DNA from: Octopus vulgaris
Lineage: Eukaryota
Reading direction: 5' to 3'
Length of the DNA stretch: 64,000 nt
Assembly: GCA_951406725.2 (NCBI GenBank)
Contig: OX597823.1
Location: forward strand, 89,652,001-89,716,000
This document shows positions 1 to 11,219 of this stretch, in pieces. The position numbers were made by a program, and so were the translations under genes. Each line of letters starts with the position of its first letter. Within the stretch, counting starts at the first letter, position 1. The notes beneath the pieces are model-generated. The model searched no databases, had not been told where the DNA came from, and was given only the letters and a program-made list of their open reading frames with translations.

Positions 1-1
1 A

Positions 2-1309
2 GCTAAAGATAAACCCCTCTACATAGCTTTTGTAGACTTGGAGAAAGCCTTTGACAGGGTTCCCCGTTCCCTTATCTGGTGGTCGATGCGGAAACTGGAG
101 ATTGAAGAATGGCTAATAAGGGCTGTACAGGCTCTATACAGAGAGGCTGTTAGCAAGGTTAGGATTGGCAACGAATATAGTGAAGAATTCCGAGTAGAAG
201 TAGGTGTGCACCAGGGCTCAGCCCTCAGTCCCCTTTTGTTCATCATAGTACTTCAAGCAATAACAGAGGAATTCAAAACGGGATGCCCCTGGGAGCTCCT
301 CTATGCCGATGACCTAGCTCTCATAGCAGAATCACTACCGGAACTAGAAGAGAAATTTCGGGTATGGAAGCAAGGGTTGGAATCAAAGGGCCTTAGAATA
401 AATGTAGCAAAGACCAAAGTATTAGTAAGCAGCAAGAGGTACTCAACACACATCCCCTCGGGTAGGTGGCCCTGCTCAACCTGTAGGAAAGGTACAGGTA
501 GAAACTCCATAAGATGCACCCAATGTAAGTTATGGACACATAAGAGGTGCAGCAACATTAAAGGGAAATTAACAGATAAGATAGCTTTCATGTGCGGCAG
601 ATGCACAGGGACAATAGACACAACAGACACTCAGAAAACAGATTCCATCACACTCCAGGGAGAGAAACTAGAAGTAGTTGATAGTTTCCGCTACCTGGGA
701 GACCAAGTTAGTAGCGGAGGTGGATGCACAGAGAGTATCACCACTAGAATACGAATAGCCTGGGCAAAGTTCAGAAAGCTCCTACCCCTACTGGCAACAA
801 AAGGCCTCTCCCTCAGAGCAAAAGGTAGATTATATGATGCATGTGTGCGAACTGCCATGCTTCACGGTAATGAAACATGGGCTGTGACTGCAGAAGACAT
901 GCGTAGACTTGAAAGAAATGAAGCTAGCATGATCCGCTGGATGTGTAGTGTCAGTGTGCACGCAAAACAGAGTGTAAGTATCCTGAGAGAAATGCTGGAT
1001 ATAAGAAGCATCAGATGTGGTGTGCAAGAGCGACGCTTGCGATGGTATGGTCATGTGCTGCGGATGAATGAAGAGAGATGTGTGAAGAAGTGTCACTCCC
1101 AAACAGTTGAAGGTATCAGGGGGAGAGGTAGACCCAGGAAGACATGGGATGAGGTGGTCAAGCATGACCTCAGAGCATTGGGCCTCACTGAGGCAATGGC
1201 GAAGGACCGAGATCTCTGGAGATATGCTGTGACTACAAAGACCCGGGCTGCTTTCTGCAGCAATTCCACATACCCCCTACCCATTCTAAGTACCCCCTAC
1301 CCATTCTAA
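2..1309 (+). CDS. Reverse transcriptase ORF (3' part) of an RTE-clade non-LTR retrotransposon; runs off the 5' window edge
   Basis: Frame is open from position 2 (AKDKPLYIAFVDLEKAFDRVP). RT motifs DLEKAFD, GVHQGSALSPLLF, LYADD, GLRINVAKTK and FRYLG are present, then RTE-type C-terminal motifs RRLRWYGHVLRM and GRGRPRKTW. No stop or frameshift. Confidence 0.95.
   Translation, partial: AKDKPLYIAFVDLEKAFDRVPRSLIWWSMRKLEIEEWLIRAVQALYREAVSKVRIGNEYSEEFRVEVGVHQGSALSPLLFIIVLQAITEEFKTGCPWELLYADDLALIAESLPELEEKFRVWKQGLESKGLRINVAKTKVLVSSKRYSTHIPSGRWPCSTCRKGTGRNSIRCTQCKLWTHKRCSNIKGKLTDKIAFMCGRCTGTIDTTDTQKTDSITLQGEKLEVVDSFRYLGDQVSSGGGCTESITTRIRIAWAKFRKLLPLLATKGLSLRAKGRLYDACVRTAMLHGNETWAVTAEDMRRLERNEASMIRWMCSVSVHAKQSVSILREMLDIRSIRCGVQERRLRWYGHVLRMNEERCVKKCHSQTVEGIRGRGRPRKTWDEVVKHDLRALGLTEAMAKDRDLWRYAVTTKTRAAFCSNSTYPLPILSTPYPF
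473..604 (+). other. PHD-type (C4HC3) zinc finger coded in frame within the RT ORF
   Basis: CSTC-x10-CTQC-x4(KLWT)-H-x2-C-x14-CGRC matches the PHD spacing, with the W-x-H motif and an aromatic residue before the last Cys pair. Confidence 0.85.
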
Positions 1310-1370
1310 GTACCCCGGATCCCCAAAGTACCCTGGATCCCCAAAATACCCCAATCCCCAAAGTACCCCG
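1271..1370 (+). repeat. Short tandem repeats at the ORF end / 3'UTR start of the LINE
   Basis: TACCCCCTACCCATTCTAAG x2 (1271-1310), then degenerate GGATCCCCAAAGTACCC units. Confidence 0.9.
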
Positions 1371-2308
1371 GACCTCGTTGCCCCCGTGCCGCTGACACGT
1401 TAAAATGCTCGAATCCGATCGTGACGATGCCGGACCCTCCGGCCCCTGTGCAGGTGGCACGTAAAAAGCACCCAATCCACTCACGGAGTGGTTGGCGTTA
1501 GGAAGGGCATCCAGCCGTAGAAACTCTGCCAGATTCAGACTGGAGCCTGGAGCGGCCCCTGGCTTCCCAGACCCGGTCAAACCGTCCAACCCGTGCTAGC
1601 GCGGAAAGCGGACGTTAAACGATGATGATGATGATGATGATATACATATACATACACACACACACACACGTATACACATTACATGTATGCACACGCAATG
1701 GATTTCTTCCTGTTTTTGATCTGCCACATTCACTCTAAGTAACAAAGTATTGGCCAACTTGTGGCTAAAAGTAAAAACTGAACCTCTCACCACTTGGTTC
1801 CACCACAAACCTCTTCACCATACAACCATGTCTGCAATTACAGTAGAGTAGCTATTTTGCTGAGAAATGCTAATAGCTTTAGTAAACACGTTAATAGTCT
1901 CAGTAAACATGTTAAAAGCTTCTGTAAATATACATAAGACAGTTTCACTCTTGCTGTGCATGCCCCCTTAAGGTTTGGGATTTCCGTGTAAAAGAATGAT
2001 TGCACAGACTAAGAAAATTTTTGTTGTTTCCAAAAGAATTAGGCTATCAATTATTATAATAAAGTGATTTATAATCTGAATAATACAAATATTTATTTAT
2101 TTGCTACAGGGCAAATGATTTCAACTCTGTAATTAATTTGCAACAAAATTCATCTGATTTAATCATGTCTGCAGACATATTTACAATACGAAGATTGGAT
2201 TGAATGGTTAAGAAGATTTCACAACAGGTGATAAGATGATGAGTATGAATTAAAGCTGTAGTCTCCTGCTAGCATGGTGCTTATCTTTTATTTGGTCGTG
2301 TTATAGTC

Positions 2309-2420
2309 ATCATCATTTTATTGTTCACTTTTCTATGCTTGCATGGGTTGGACAGATTTGTCAAGGCAGATTTTCTATGCCCAGATGCCCTTCCTATTAC
2401 CAATCCTCACTTGTTTTGAA
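2309..2420 (-). mobile_element. Diverged copy of the RTE 3' terminus
   Basis: (CAT)n followed by CTATGCTTGCATGGGTTGGACAG...GATGCCCTTCCTA, the reverse complement of the 1500-1640 end. Confidence 0.7.
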
Positions 2421-2444
2421 TTTGAACTCAGATGGACAATATTA

Positions 2445-3022
2445 ATAATAATAATAATAATTGCTCTGATGCAGTACCAGGCAGTGACTCTCATGACTTC
2501 TGATCTTAACTCACTAAAAATGTTATCATATACATTGTTTTGTCTTGGTATAAAAGATGGGCTACAGCAAATATTCTGCTGAATACCACAGAATTGCTTG
2601 TCAGTTGCTTGACCATATCCTTTGGTGGCTGATGATATGTGCATCTCTGATCATGAGCAGAAGTAGTGGGGGAGCATTATAGCCATGTGTTGAGAGGAAT
2701 TCTTTAAGGTTTGGATAATTTACCTTTGAAAGGATGGGTGTGTCATTCAACATCCTTAAACAACCTTTATTCAAGGACCTTTTGAATAGGATGGGCTACT
2801 TGACCCGAAGAAAATTCTAACTGGGCCCCACCTGCAAGGTCATGCATGGTTTATCTTGATATGAGATCACCATGTCACGCACATATGGTTGTGATGCATG
2901 TGCCTGGTGTACCCTTATCAAACGGGTGGTCATGGTGGGTATACTGAAATTTGTATATTTTACCCCAGTGTCACTTTGATGGCAAGCACTGCTCTCTCAT
3001 TCAATAATGATAATAATAATAA
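2445..3022. repeat. Unclassified ~570-bp insert bounded by (AAT)n tracts, probably an interspersed repeat
   Basis: GC-richer block between (AAT)n at ~2443-2460 and ~3003-3022. Class not determinable here. Confidence 0.35.
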
Positions 3023-3029
3023 TACATGA

Positions 3030-3353
3030 GGGGAAATATGCTTAGAAAAACTGCTTTATTAGAGTCAGTTGGGATCTTGAGATAGGTACTTGAGTGTTAA
3101 GTATCATGAAAAAAGATTGTGACCTTTGACAACAGGTTGTTGTCCACTTTTATAGAATTAACAGGAATAAGTGAAATGGAAAGAAGACCTACAAAAATCA
3201 GCTTTGCTTGGAACTGCAAGAATTCTTTGCAGGGTGCTTGAAGCATGACCAGTAAATGAGTGTCACCTTAGTCTGTTGGCTGTGGACAGCTGACACTTTC
3301 CATTATACCCAGCAAAATAAGCTGAGGTTTCATATAATAATAATAATAATAAT
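3030..3353 (+). mobile_element. R4/Dong-clade LINE 3' remnant
   Basis: 3192-3248 translates QKSALLGTARILCRVLEA*, resembling the C-terminus of R4/Dong ORFs, followed by a short UTR and (TAA)n tail at ~3335-3353. Confidence 0.7.
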
Positions 3354-3840
3354 TTTTAATATTCATACAATATGTTAAAATGTTTTCCAGAAGAGGTGTA
3401 CAAGGTACATATGGTTGTGGAAATACATGTATTTTTTTTACCCTTATCATGCATGAGGGTGGGATAAAAATGGTATATAATGAGTATGTGTGTGTGTGCA
3501 TACATACAGAAATATAGGTAAATGAATTAAAGTAAATATTGTAATGGAAATCCACCAACAAGAATTGGCAAATTTGGTTGAATTAAAGCTCCTAGTTTAC
3601 CCACTTTTAACTACTTTCAACTTTTTGTGCTTGAACCTCATACATCCTGAAGCACATATAAGCAATTTTTTTTTTGTCAGTTAAGTCTTGAAGGAGCTCA
3701 AATCTATTGAACAATAGGTTTTCATAGGTTCATAGATGGCAACCTTAGTGGTCTTCAAGAAAATTCTGTCCTCCAGGGGGCTCCCATGTTGATAGGTTCA
3801 AAATCCATTGACGTATAAATTGTGTCAGTCTCTGGTAAAA

Positions 3841-4042
3841 TGGAAGAAATGGAAGACAAGGAGGAGTAAGAAGAAAGAATGGAAGAGGAGGGGAAAGAGG
3901 AAAGGAAGGAGAGGAGAAGGTGGAAGAAAGGAAGAATGATAAGGATTAGCTGGAAGACAAGAGGGGGGAGGATGAAAGGGAAGAGAATAAAGAAGAAAAG
4001 GAAGATCAAGATGAGGAGGACAAAGAAGAAAACGAAGAGAAG
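3841..4042. repeat. Purine-rich (GAA/GGA) low-complexity tract
   Basis: Almost entirely A/G on the + strand. Confidence 0.9.
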
Positions 4043-6214
4043 AATTCTAACTCTGCTACTGGAGTAGAAATTTTCAGTAAAATGGTGAGTCAATTGTTTC
4101 GGTTCTTTTGAGAAGCTCTACTCTAGCATAGGCGATATTTGCTTTGGCTAACTCATTATTTAATGTAACTGATTCCTATTAAGTTTTACTTGTTAGGTAA
4201 ATAATTTTGACTATTGATTTTTTTTTCCTTTTTCATATCCATTTTCCTGTTTTATTCAATGCTTGTATAGATCCATTGATTTTAGACATTTATATGTTAG
4301 CACGAGGTGCATAAAAGGCCATTTATTAGCTGAGTGGATATTTACCAATTTCATACTTCGCTATGTGGAAGTGAATTGGCTAAGCTGGTTATTTGCTAGA
4401 CAAATCAATAATGTCATCAAGACCCAGAAATCCTCGAATTGAACAATTTGAATTGTTAAGGTTGAAAATATCACAAAAAGCATTCAAACAAATATCGTCT
4501 GACCTTAGAAAGTTGAGGAATTTTTAATTAAAACTAGGCATGAATCAATGAGAGAGTTATCACAGTGTGACGATTTTTAAATATGGATATAATTTCGTGT
4601 CAGAACTCATGTTGATAATTAAATCGATAAATAGTTATCGTTAGATGAGATAACTGGTCGAACAACTTGGGTTTCGTCAGTGTCTTTTTTTTTTTCTATG
4701 AATTGGTTTATTCAGAGGAGGTAGGGAAGCTCTTGTGCCTTTTTCAAAAGCAATGTCTATCAAAAAAATAATAACTGCCTCTCGCTAAAAGAAAAGCTAT
4801 TGTTTTATTATTACACCCGTCTAGTGAGATGGCTATAATATAAAAATTTACAGGAAAACATGGAATTAGAGAATGTGAGTAAAGATGTGAAAAACTGGAT
4901 TTTGGGGGCAAAAATTGTTTCACAGAAGGACGGCCCTTTCCCATTAAATAGTAATAGTTATTCCAAAAGTCTGCCAGAGAATTACACCCATATCGTGAGA
5001 CGGGTGTAAAATATTTACAAAAAATAAAGTAAATTCCAAGTTGAAGAGAACAACTGCTTTTTGCAGTGGTATCCATTTTATTTGATTTAAAATCAAAGAG
5101 TTTAAGAAGCCAACAAACCAAACCCAGTTATATGTTAACTGATAAGAACAAGACCAAAATGCGTGTGGAGTAATTCACCCCAAAATGGCGTATCGTTCTT
5201 ATTACCTTTCCTCGCGAAGCTCACGTATTGGTCAGCTGTAGTTGACTGCGAACAATGTTATAGAGTAGGTTGGTATTGATATAGTAATATTAAAACTGGT
5301 TTAACTATTTTAGAAACGTATGTGGTGTAAAGAGTTTTAAAACAATTTAAGTAAATTTACCGAAGTTACGATCGCGAATTTCATGTTAGTCTGTGTATAA
5401 AACGTACATAAATTTTATATAGCATGAAAAATGTACGTATAATTTAAATAAGATTAAAACAGTCATATTTATTTTGGGTAGTACGTTGGAACAATGTACC
5501 TCCAGTTTCTATTTTTGTAATATTAACATATTACTAGAAGGTATAATACAAGCCTATGGACACAGAATAACGAGTGACTTTTCATATTAAGAAACTCCGC
5601 CAGTTCTCTTTACGAATTTATAGGATGTCACAGTGGTCGCTTCTGGTTAATTTACTTTCATTTCTCTTGAACCATGAACTACATGATAACCGGTACACAG
5701 TGGTGGAAACAGTTTACCCAATTTAATTTATTAATTAAAAAAAAATGAATAATCAAAAATAATTTGCGAAAAATCAGATTTGACAATCACCATTTTATTA
5801 CAGCAGATTTGTATCACTTATTTCATTTCAAAGAAAACGATCCTTTTCTTGGCCGAGATTGCAGAGAATGATGATCTCTGCCAATTTCAGTAGCTTCGCC
5901 TTTTGGATCACAAAGCAAAACCTCGCCTAAAAGTACATTCAAGGAATTGAAGGAATAAATTTCAAAACTAGCAATACCTATACAATAGTGGGTCTTAACC
6001 TTGGCGATAATCCACCCTTGGAGGGATGAGTTCACAAAAGCGCTTATGAGAGGGGCAATAAAGACAGTGGGTGATTGGAGATGAAAAGATTGTAGAAAAT
6101 AATGGTTGGTGCCATTCTAGTTGGTTTTGGAATAAATTTTATCAGAAACTTACAGTTAAAGAACACAAATATTCTTGAAAATTAGACTGAAAATATTCGT
6201 TTCTTTTCTAGGTA

Positions 6215-6345
6215 CAAGGAGCGAAATTTTCGGAGAGGGGACTAGTCGATTAGATCGACCCTAGTACGCAACTGGTACTTAATTTATCGACCACGAAAGG
6301 ATGAAAGGCAAAGTCGATCTCTGCGGAAATTGGACTGAAAATATT
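6215..6345 (-). mobile_element. SINE family A fragment
   Basis: Reverse complement of the core GACTTTGCCTTTCATCCTTTCG-GGTCGATAAATTAAGTACCAG seen at 15071-15475. Confidence 0.8.
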
Positions 6346-6622
6346 GCCAGACAAAACGTGTTGCATGGGCAAGGTAAGATATTCTAAATATATCTCTCTT
6401 GTAGTCCCACAGTGAGTGCAATTGTCTTTACGTGTCACCGAGGAAGCCTCTACGTGGTTAACTAATCTGCTAAACACATCAGCCAAATGTTCTTGAAACT
6501 AAACCTTTTTGTCTTAAATAAGGGCAGAACAGATAATTTAATCTTAGACATACGCCTATAGCGAACACTAGTGAAATCCCTCTCTCCTTTATTATAGTCT
6601 TTTATTATATAAACATATATTC

Positions 6623-6740
6623 GCGCCAATACCAACCAATCAGAGTGGTGGACACAACGGGGTCCAAATAGCGCCCAGAGGTTAGCTGTTTATCTGCTAC
6701 GTTCGAATGTATGTATATATAAAGAAGGAAAGAGGAATTG
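6623..6740 (+). repeat. ~120-bp dispersed repeat, copy 1 (copy 2 at 16642-16760); contains CCAAT and TATATAA
   Basis: GCGCCAATACCAACCAATCAGAGT(G/A)GTGGACACAACGG...TATATAA...AGAGGAATT present at both loci. Confidence 0.85.
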
Positions 6741-6934
6741 CACGAAAGCGTATGCTACACTCCTAAAAAGATGTGGTTGCAGGTGACTGTTTTTATCATA
6801 AGAGATTTGAACAAATAAGTTTGACGTAGGTTAATAACAGTTAATGATAGGATCTTCTAAAAATTAAAAAAAAGTAGGGGTGATGTTTTTGTAATTAGTA
6901 TAAAAATCTACACATTTTAGTCCACCTCTTTTAC

Positions 6935-7230
6935 GTGTTTCTGTTATTTTGGACTGTGGGCATGCGAGATCGCAACCTCAAAGGGTTTCAATCGAACAAA
7001 TCGTTATATTAAGCCTGGTACTTATTCAATCAATTTCTTATGCCGAACCACTAAGTTACAGAGACGTAAACATCGGTTGTCAAGGGGTGGAGCTCCGCTT
7101 ACCATAATCACTCATAAGTCATAGGTCAGCCGGGGGCTATAGCAGAAGACACTTATCTTGTGGTACAAATCAGTGGGACTGAATCCAAAACCACACGGTC
7201 GCAATGCGAGATTCGTAAGCACGCAGCCAT
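6935..7230 (-). mobile_element. SINE family B (tRNA head, CORE-like GGCAAGTGTCTT segment), diverged
   Basis: Contains AAGCCTGGTACTTATTC...GCCGAACCACTAAG and GCTATAGCAGAAGACACTT...GTGGGACTGAA; related copies at 11592, 35245, 46055 and 52660. Confidence 0.65.
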
Positions 7231-8204
7231 ACAAACTTACAATGTTTTAACTTAAGTTACTTTCGTTATCGATACAAGACAGTAGAAGTTGATTATCAAA
7301 GGAAGAGATCGAATGCAATAAAATGGTGATTATGTGTTCATTAAAGACTAAAAACCATACAGACACAACCAAAACTAGGGTTACTCGACAGAAATGACAG
7401 GTCGTAAATCGATAAATTGGTTCGATTTAGTTCAATTTAGCGGCAACACTTCCGTCCCCGTCCCTGACAGGTGGAAATCTTTCCAATTTAGCTGAGGTAG
7501 TATGGTGAAAAAGTCATTTATCTCAATACAATTCAATTTTAGTGAAATTTATTTCACATGAAGTCCAGTAAATAAATATATTACGGTAAAGAAAACATTG
7601 GGACTGCCTAGAATTTGCATTAGATTTGAAGATCACACACACAGATCGATAGACAAGGCGAGAGAGACAGAGATCTTTTTTGTGACAAAATTTACAAAAA
7701 TAACTTTCTGCCGATTAAAAATATCAAAGTATACATACTCATGTACTGAGTTCTATTTCTCCTGATTATTTCACCGAAACCACACTCACGCACATGCATG
7801 CACACAATATTATCATGTTTCATTTGAGTATGTGACTATGAAGGTACTCCAGTTTTGAGGTACCTTATTTTCCAACACGAGTCATGTCTGCTGTGAATGA
7901 CATGACTTGTTTCCTTCCACAATGAGATTTGTTTCAGATGTTCGTAAAGGATAACACTGCCAGATGACAAAACTATATTTATCAGTATACAATAATTCAT
8001 CGATGATTAAGCATTGATGAATTGTTAAGAGAATGACACATCATGGTGGTCTTTAAAATCCTTGTAAAAAGCAATGTCCATAGTTGGAATGCTTTTGACC
8101 ATTGGTTTGCTTAATCAGAACCGACTTCGGTCTAAATAACAACAATGAATAAACACCGTGGATAATAGTTATTATTATTGTCGAACGGCTTTTATAATAA
8201 AGTT

Positions 8205-8695
8205 CCGACCTCTAATTGTGGAGGGAACTTGTGGAAGGAGTAGACGCAAGAAGACGTGGGACGAAGTGGTGAGAAAGGATCTTCAGACGTTGGGCCTCAC
8301 TTCTGGCGATTTGATGTGTTTCAGAAAACAGGCCAAGCTAAGTAAAATCGTGGCCATATATACATACAGGCATGTAAAATTTACCGTGGCCTTTACGATT
8401 ATGCCTCTTCTCCCACCACCTCTTTCAGACGAGAGGTCCGTTTCTTGTAAGCTCGCGGGTGCTAGTGTCACTTAAAAAGCATCCGTGCCAGTGCCGCGTG
8501 GAATGCACTAGTGCAAGTACCACGTATTAAGCACCCAGTACACTTTGTAAGGTTGTTGGTGTTAGGACAGGCATCTAGCCATAGAAACCATGCCAAAGCA
8601 GACAATTGGAGCCTGGTGCAGCTCGCTGGCTTTACCAGCTCCTGTCAAACCGTCTAACCCATCCCAACATGGAAAATGGACGTTAAATGATGATA
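8205..8695 (+). mobile_element. 5'-truncated RTE copy
   Basis: Encodes VEGTCGRSRRKKTWDEVVRKDLQTLGLT, homologous to the end of the ORF at 2-1309; ends GGACGTTAAATGATGAT. Confidence 0.9.
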
Positions 8696-8789
8696 TTCCA
8701 GTATCCATGTGAAGGTGAAAAATCATCAAAAGAATAGTGGTAAACTAACCCTTCCATCTAAAGAAGGTTTTATTATAATTAGACTTGTA

Positions 8790-9530
8790 AAGGTAGAAGA
8801 GTTAGAAAGTCGGCAAAAAATACTTTGCAGTATTGCTTTCGATTCTCTTTATTCTGAGTTCAAATCCTGCCGATGTCAATTAGGTCTTTCTTTCTTTCTT
8901 TCTTTTTTTTTTTTTTTTGTAGGGGTCGATAAAATAGAATACCGGTCAAGTACTTGATTCGATAAAGTTAATCTGAAAATTTACCCTTGATTCGATATAA
9001 TACACAAGCTCCTCCTGAAATTGTTGGTCGTATGCCGAAATTAAAAAGAATGATCATTTCTTGATTTTTAAAAAGTAGCGAGCTGGTGGGATTGCAACAA
9101 CAAAAAAAAAAATACCACGTAATATTTACTCTAAATATCTACATTCTGAGTTCAAAATCTCCTCTATGTTAACTTTGCCCTTTGAGCCACCGAGGTCGAT
9201 GCAATATAGTACCAGTTAAGTACTACTAGTCAACGGTATCAACTAAACCTCTATCTACCCTCAGAAATGTTTGGCTTGTTCCTAAATCAGAAACCATTAA
9301 TGACTGGATTGGCAGAACCGTTCGAACGTCAAACAATAATACGTGGCAGAATCTATTCTTCCGGTTTGTGTTCCTAGTTCAAACCCGTTGAGGTCAACTT
9401 GGCCTTTTCGACGTCATTCCGATAAAATAAAGTATCAAGGCTGATTTAATCGATTAACATCCTCCTCTCATATTTCTGACCTTTTGTCCGCCTTAGAAAT
9501 CGTTTATGTTGAGTCGGTAGAACGTTGGAA
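8790..9530 (+). mobile_element. Cluster of three degenerate SINE family A copies
   Basis: (TTCTG)AGTTCAAA B-box-like motif followed by a CGAT...GTA(C/T)C core at ~8850-8945, ~9145-9215 and ~9375-9435. Confidence 0.65.
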
Positions 9531-9567
9531 AAAAAAACAAAAAACAACACTGCGTTCGGATCTTTTC

Positions 9568-10056
9568 CAATTTCTAGTTAACTAAACACTTTTAAACTTT
9601 TTACATTTGCGAAGAAAGAAAGATAACCTTCCTCCACCCCTAACCCTAACTCTAACTAACCTTAAAACAGATTGAAATGGTTGACACCGCTAGAAAAAAA
9701 TCCCATTTTCCGTAGCGGTGTCGTATGAAATTGTCACCCATAATTATGACCCTAGTATCGATCTATTGCATTTCAAGCTGTGTTAGAGTTAGGGGTGGGG
9801 GAAGGGTATCTTTTTTTCTTCAGAAATGTAAATAAACCCAATCTGTTTCTGAGGGACATATTCATACAGCACGGAATGTTTTCATCCCAAATGGAGGTGA
9901 GCGATTGGTTAAAATTGCCGAAATGCTCGATTTTAAAGTGGAAATATCTTACAAGCTATAGAATTTTCTCAATAAAGCCAAAAAAAAAAAATGATGTTTT
10001 ATAAACACATTCTACCAGTATACGAAGTTTAAAAGTGTTTAGTTAACTAGAAATTG
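9568..10056. mobile_element. Foldback/MITE-like element with perfect 32-bp inverted repeats and inner imperfect inverted repeats
   Basis: CAATTTCTAGTTAACTAAACACTTTTAAACTT (9568-9599) is the exact reverse complement of 10025-10056. Inner arms ~9620-9678 and ~9770-9812 carry TAACCC/GTTAGG motifs. Confidence 0.85.
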
Positions 10057-10469
10057 TGTTGAAAACTACGTTCTGTGGACCTATTTTGCCAAATCGACTT
10101 TACTTTCGTTCTTCTTGCTCTCGATAAAATAAAGTACCAGTAAATGGTTAAATGACATCCAAATTACACCGGAAGTGACGACAGTGAAAAACAAATAATC
10201 TCTCTCTCACACACTACATTGTGCATTGTGTATATAATGAGATTTACGACTGGTAGTGTTTACTTTAGAGCTCTACGTAGATTATCATCATCCACTCAGC
10301 TTCCAGTAAAGTGATGTTTACCATTATACTTAGTAACATTACTGAGTTTATATTGTTTGTTCCCAACGTACGTTTCACTGTTATGCTTGTTCAGAACCTC
10401 TGCATTGGATATTTCAAGTTCAATTAGATACATTTGGAACATCTAACGCAGAAGTTCCAAACAACCATA

Positions 10470-10670
10470 ACAGTGGACTCATGATCGTAAGATTGTGGTT
10501 TCGTTCGATTCCTGGATTAGGTGATGCGTTGTGTTTTTGAGTAAAACACTCCATTTCACGTTGCTCCAGTCCACTCAGCTGGTTAAAATGAGTCATCCTG
10601 CAACGTACGTAACCAGAGAGGAATATATACGCCAGGGAAACCGGGAAACTACCCCTATGCTCCTTACAGA
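10470..10670 (+). mobile_element. SINE family D (tRNA-derived)
   Basis: GGACTCATGATCGTAAGATTGTGGTT...TCGATTCCTGG...TTGAGTAAAACACT-CATTTCACGTTGCTCCAG. Related copies at ~47000-47110 (+) and ~14125-14205 (-); head only at 20167-20226. Confidence 0.65.
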
Positions 10671-11219
10671 GTAAATGCAGACTAATCATCTAAATTGGAG
10701 GTCTTGAGCCATTGGTAGCTTGTGTACACCGCCCTTTGATAGTCTGTATATGGAAGCTTGCATCATTAGATCAACAAAATTTATATATTACGTAAAAACT
10801 TTCTAACTTGTAGCTTAACACAAGAGGCCTACACACTGGCTATCAAACGCGTCCCTAGTGATTTGCATTGCTTTATAATGAGCCAAAGTACGATTGGGGG
10901 ACCTCAGACAGCATTTTTTTCCTGTACCCCTCTCTACTGCTATTAACACCTCATTCCCTTTCTGGCAAATTACTCTGGTGATACTTTTGATGCATGTATT
11001 TATGAAATGATAGGATTTCACTTAAAGTTACTTCCAGCGCCATAAAATTTCACTTTCCACCGCACTAAACTGCATATCAGTCCGCCCCAAAACTTCCCCA
11101 CCAATCCGAAATACTGTCATCACTCCAAAACACCTCTACCACTCCAAAACACTACCCTACCAACCCCAAACGCCACCCCAAAACATCACTGCCTACCAAC
11201 TCCAAATCACCTCTACGAA

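Larger units (their letters stand above)
1..1640 (+). mobile_element. RTE-clade LINE, 3' portion with 3'UTR and (GAT)n tail
   Basis: RT ORF, ~310-bp 3'UTR ending GCGGACGTTAAAC, then (GAT)n at ~1620-1640. The same 3' end recurs many times in the window. Confidence 0.93.

Noticed and set aside
2165-2178. Perfect 14-bp palindrome ATGTCTGCAGACAT
   Set aside because: A few palindromes of this length are expected by chance in 64 kb.
3755-4093. Hydrophobic and Lys/Arg-rich ORFs on both strands
   Set aside because: Products of a purine-rich low-complexity tract.
5800-6110. 70-aa minus-strand ORF, or a faint mariner C-terminus (YHLF...) on the plus strand
   Set aside because: No convincing motif set or splice signals; cannot be assigned by eye.
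6154-6187. 33-nt AG...GTAAGT micro-exon on the minus strand
   Set aside because: Has an immediate stop in the phase required by the 12412 exon; no other support.
7878-7911. Hairpin ACGAGTCATGTC/GACATGACTTGT as a pre-miRNA
   Set aside because: 12-bp stem does not extend; too short for a miRNA precursor.
9638-9662. Interstitial telomere
   Set aside because: Only about two TAACCC-like units, and they are part of the foldback element.
10815-11021. 68-aa Cys-containing ORF as exon 2 of the orphan gene
   Set aside because: No clear acceptor with a pyrimidine tract and no recognisable domain.
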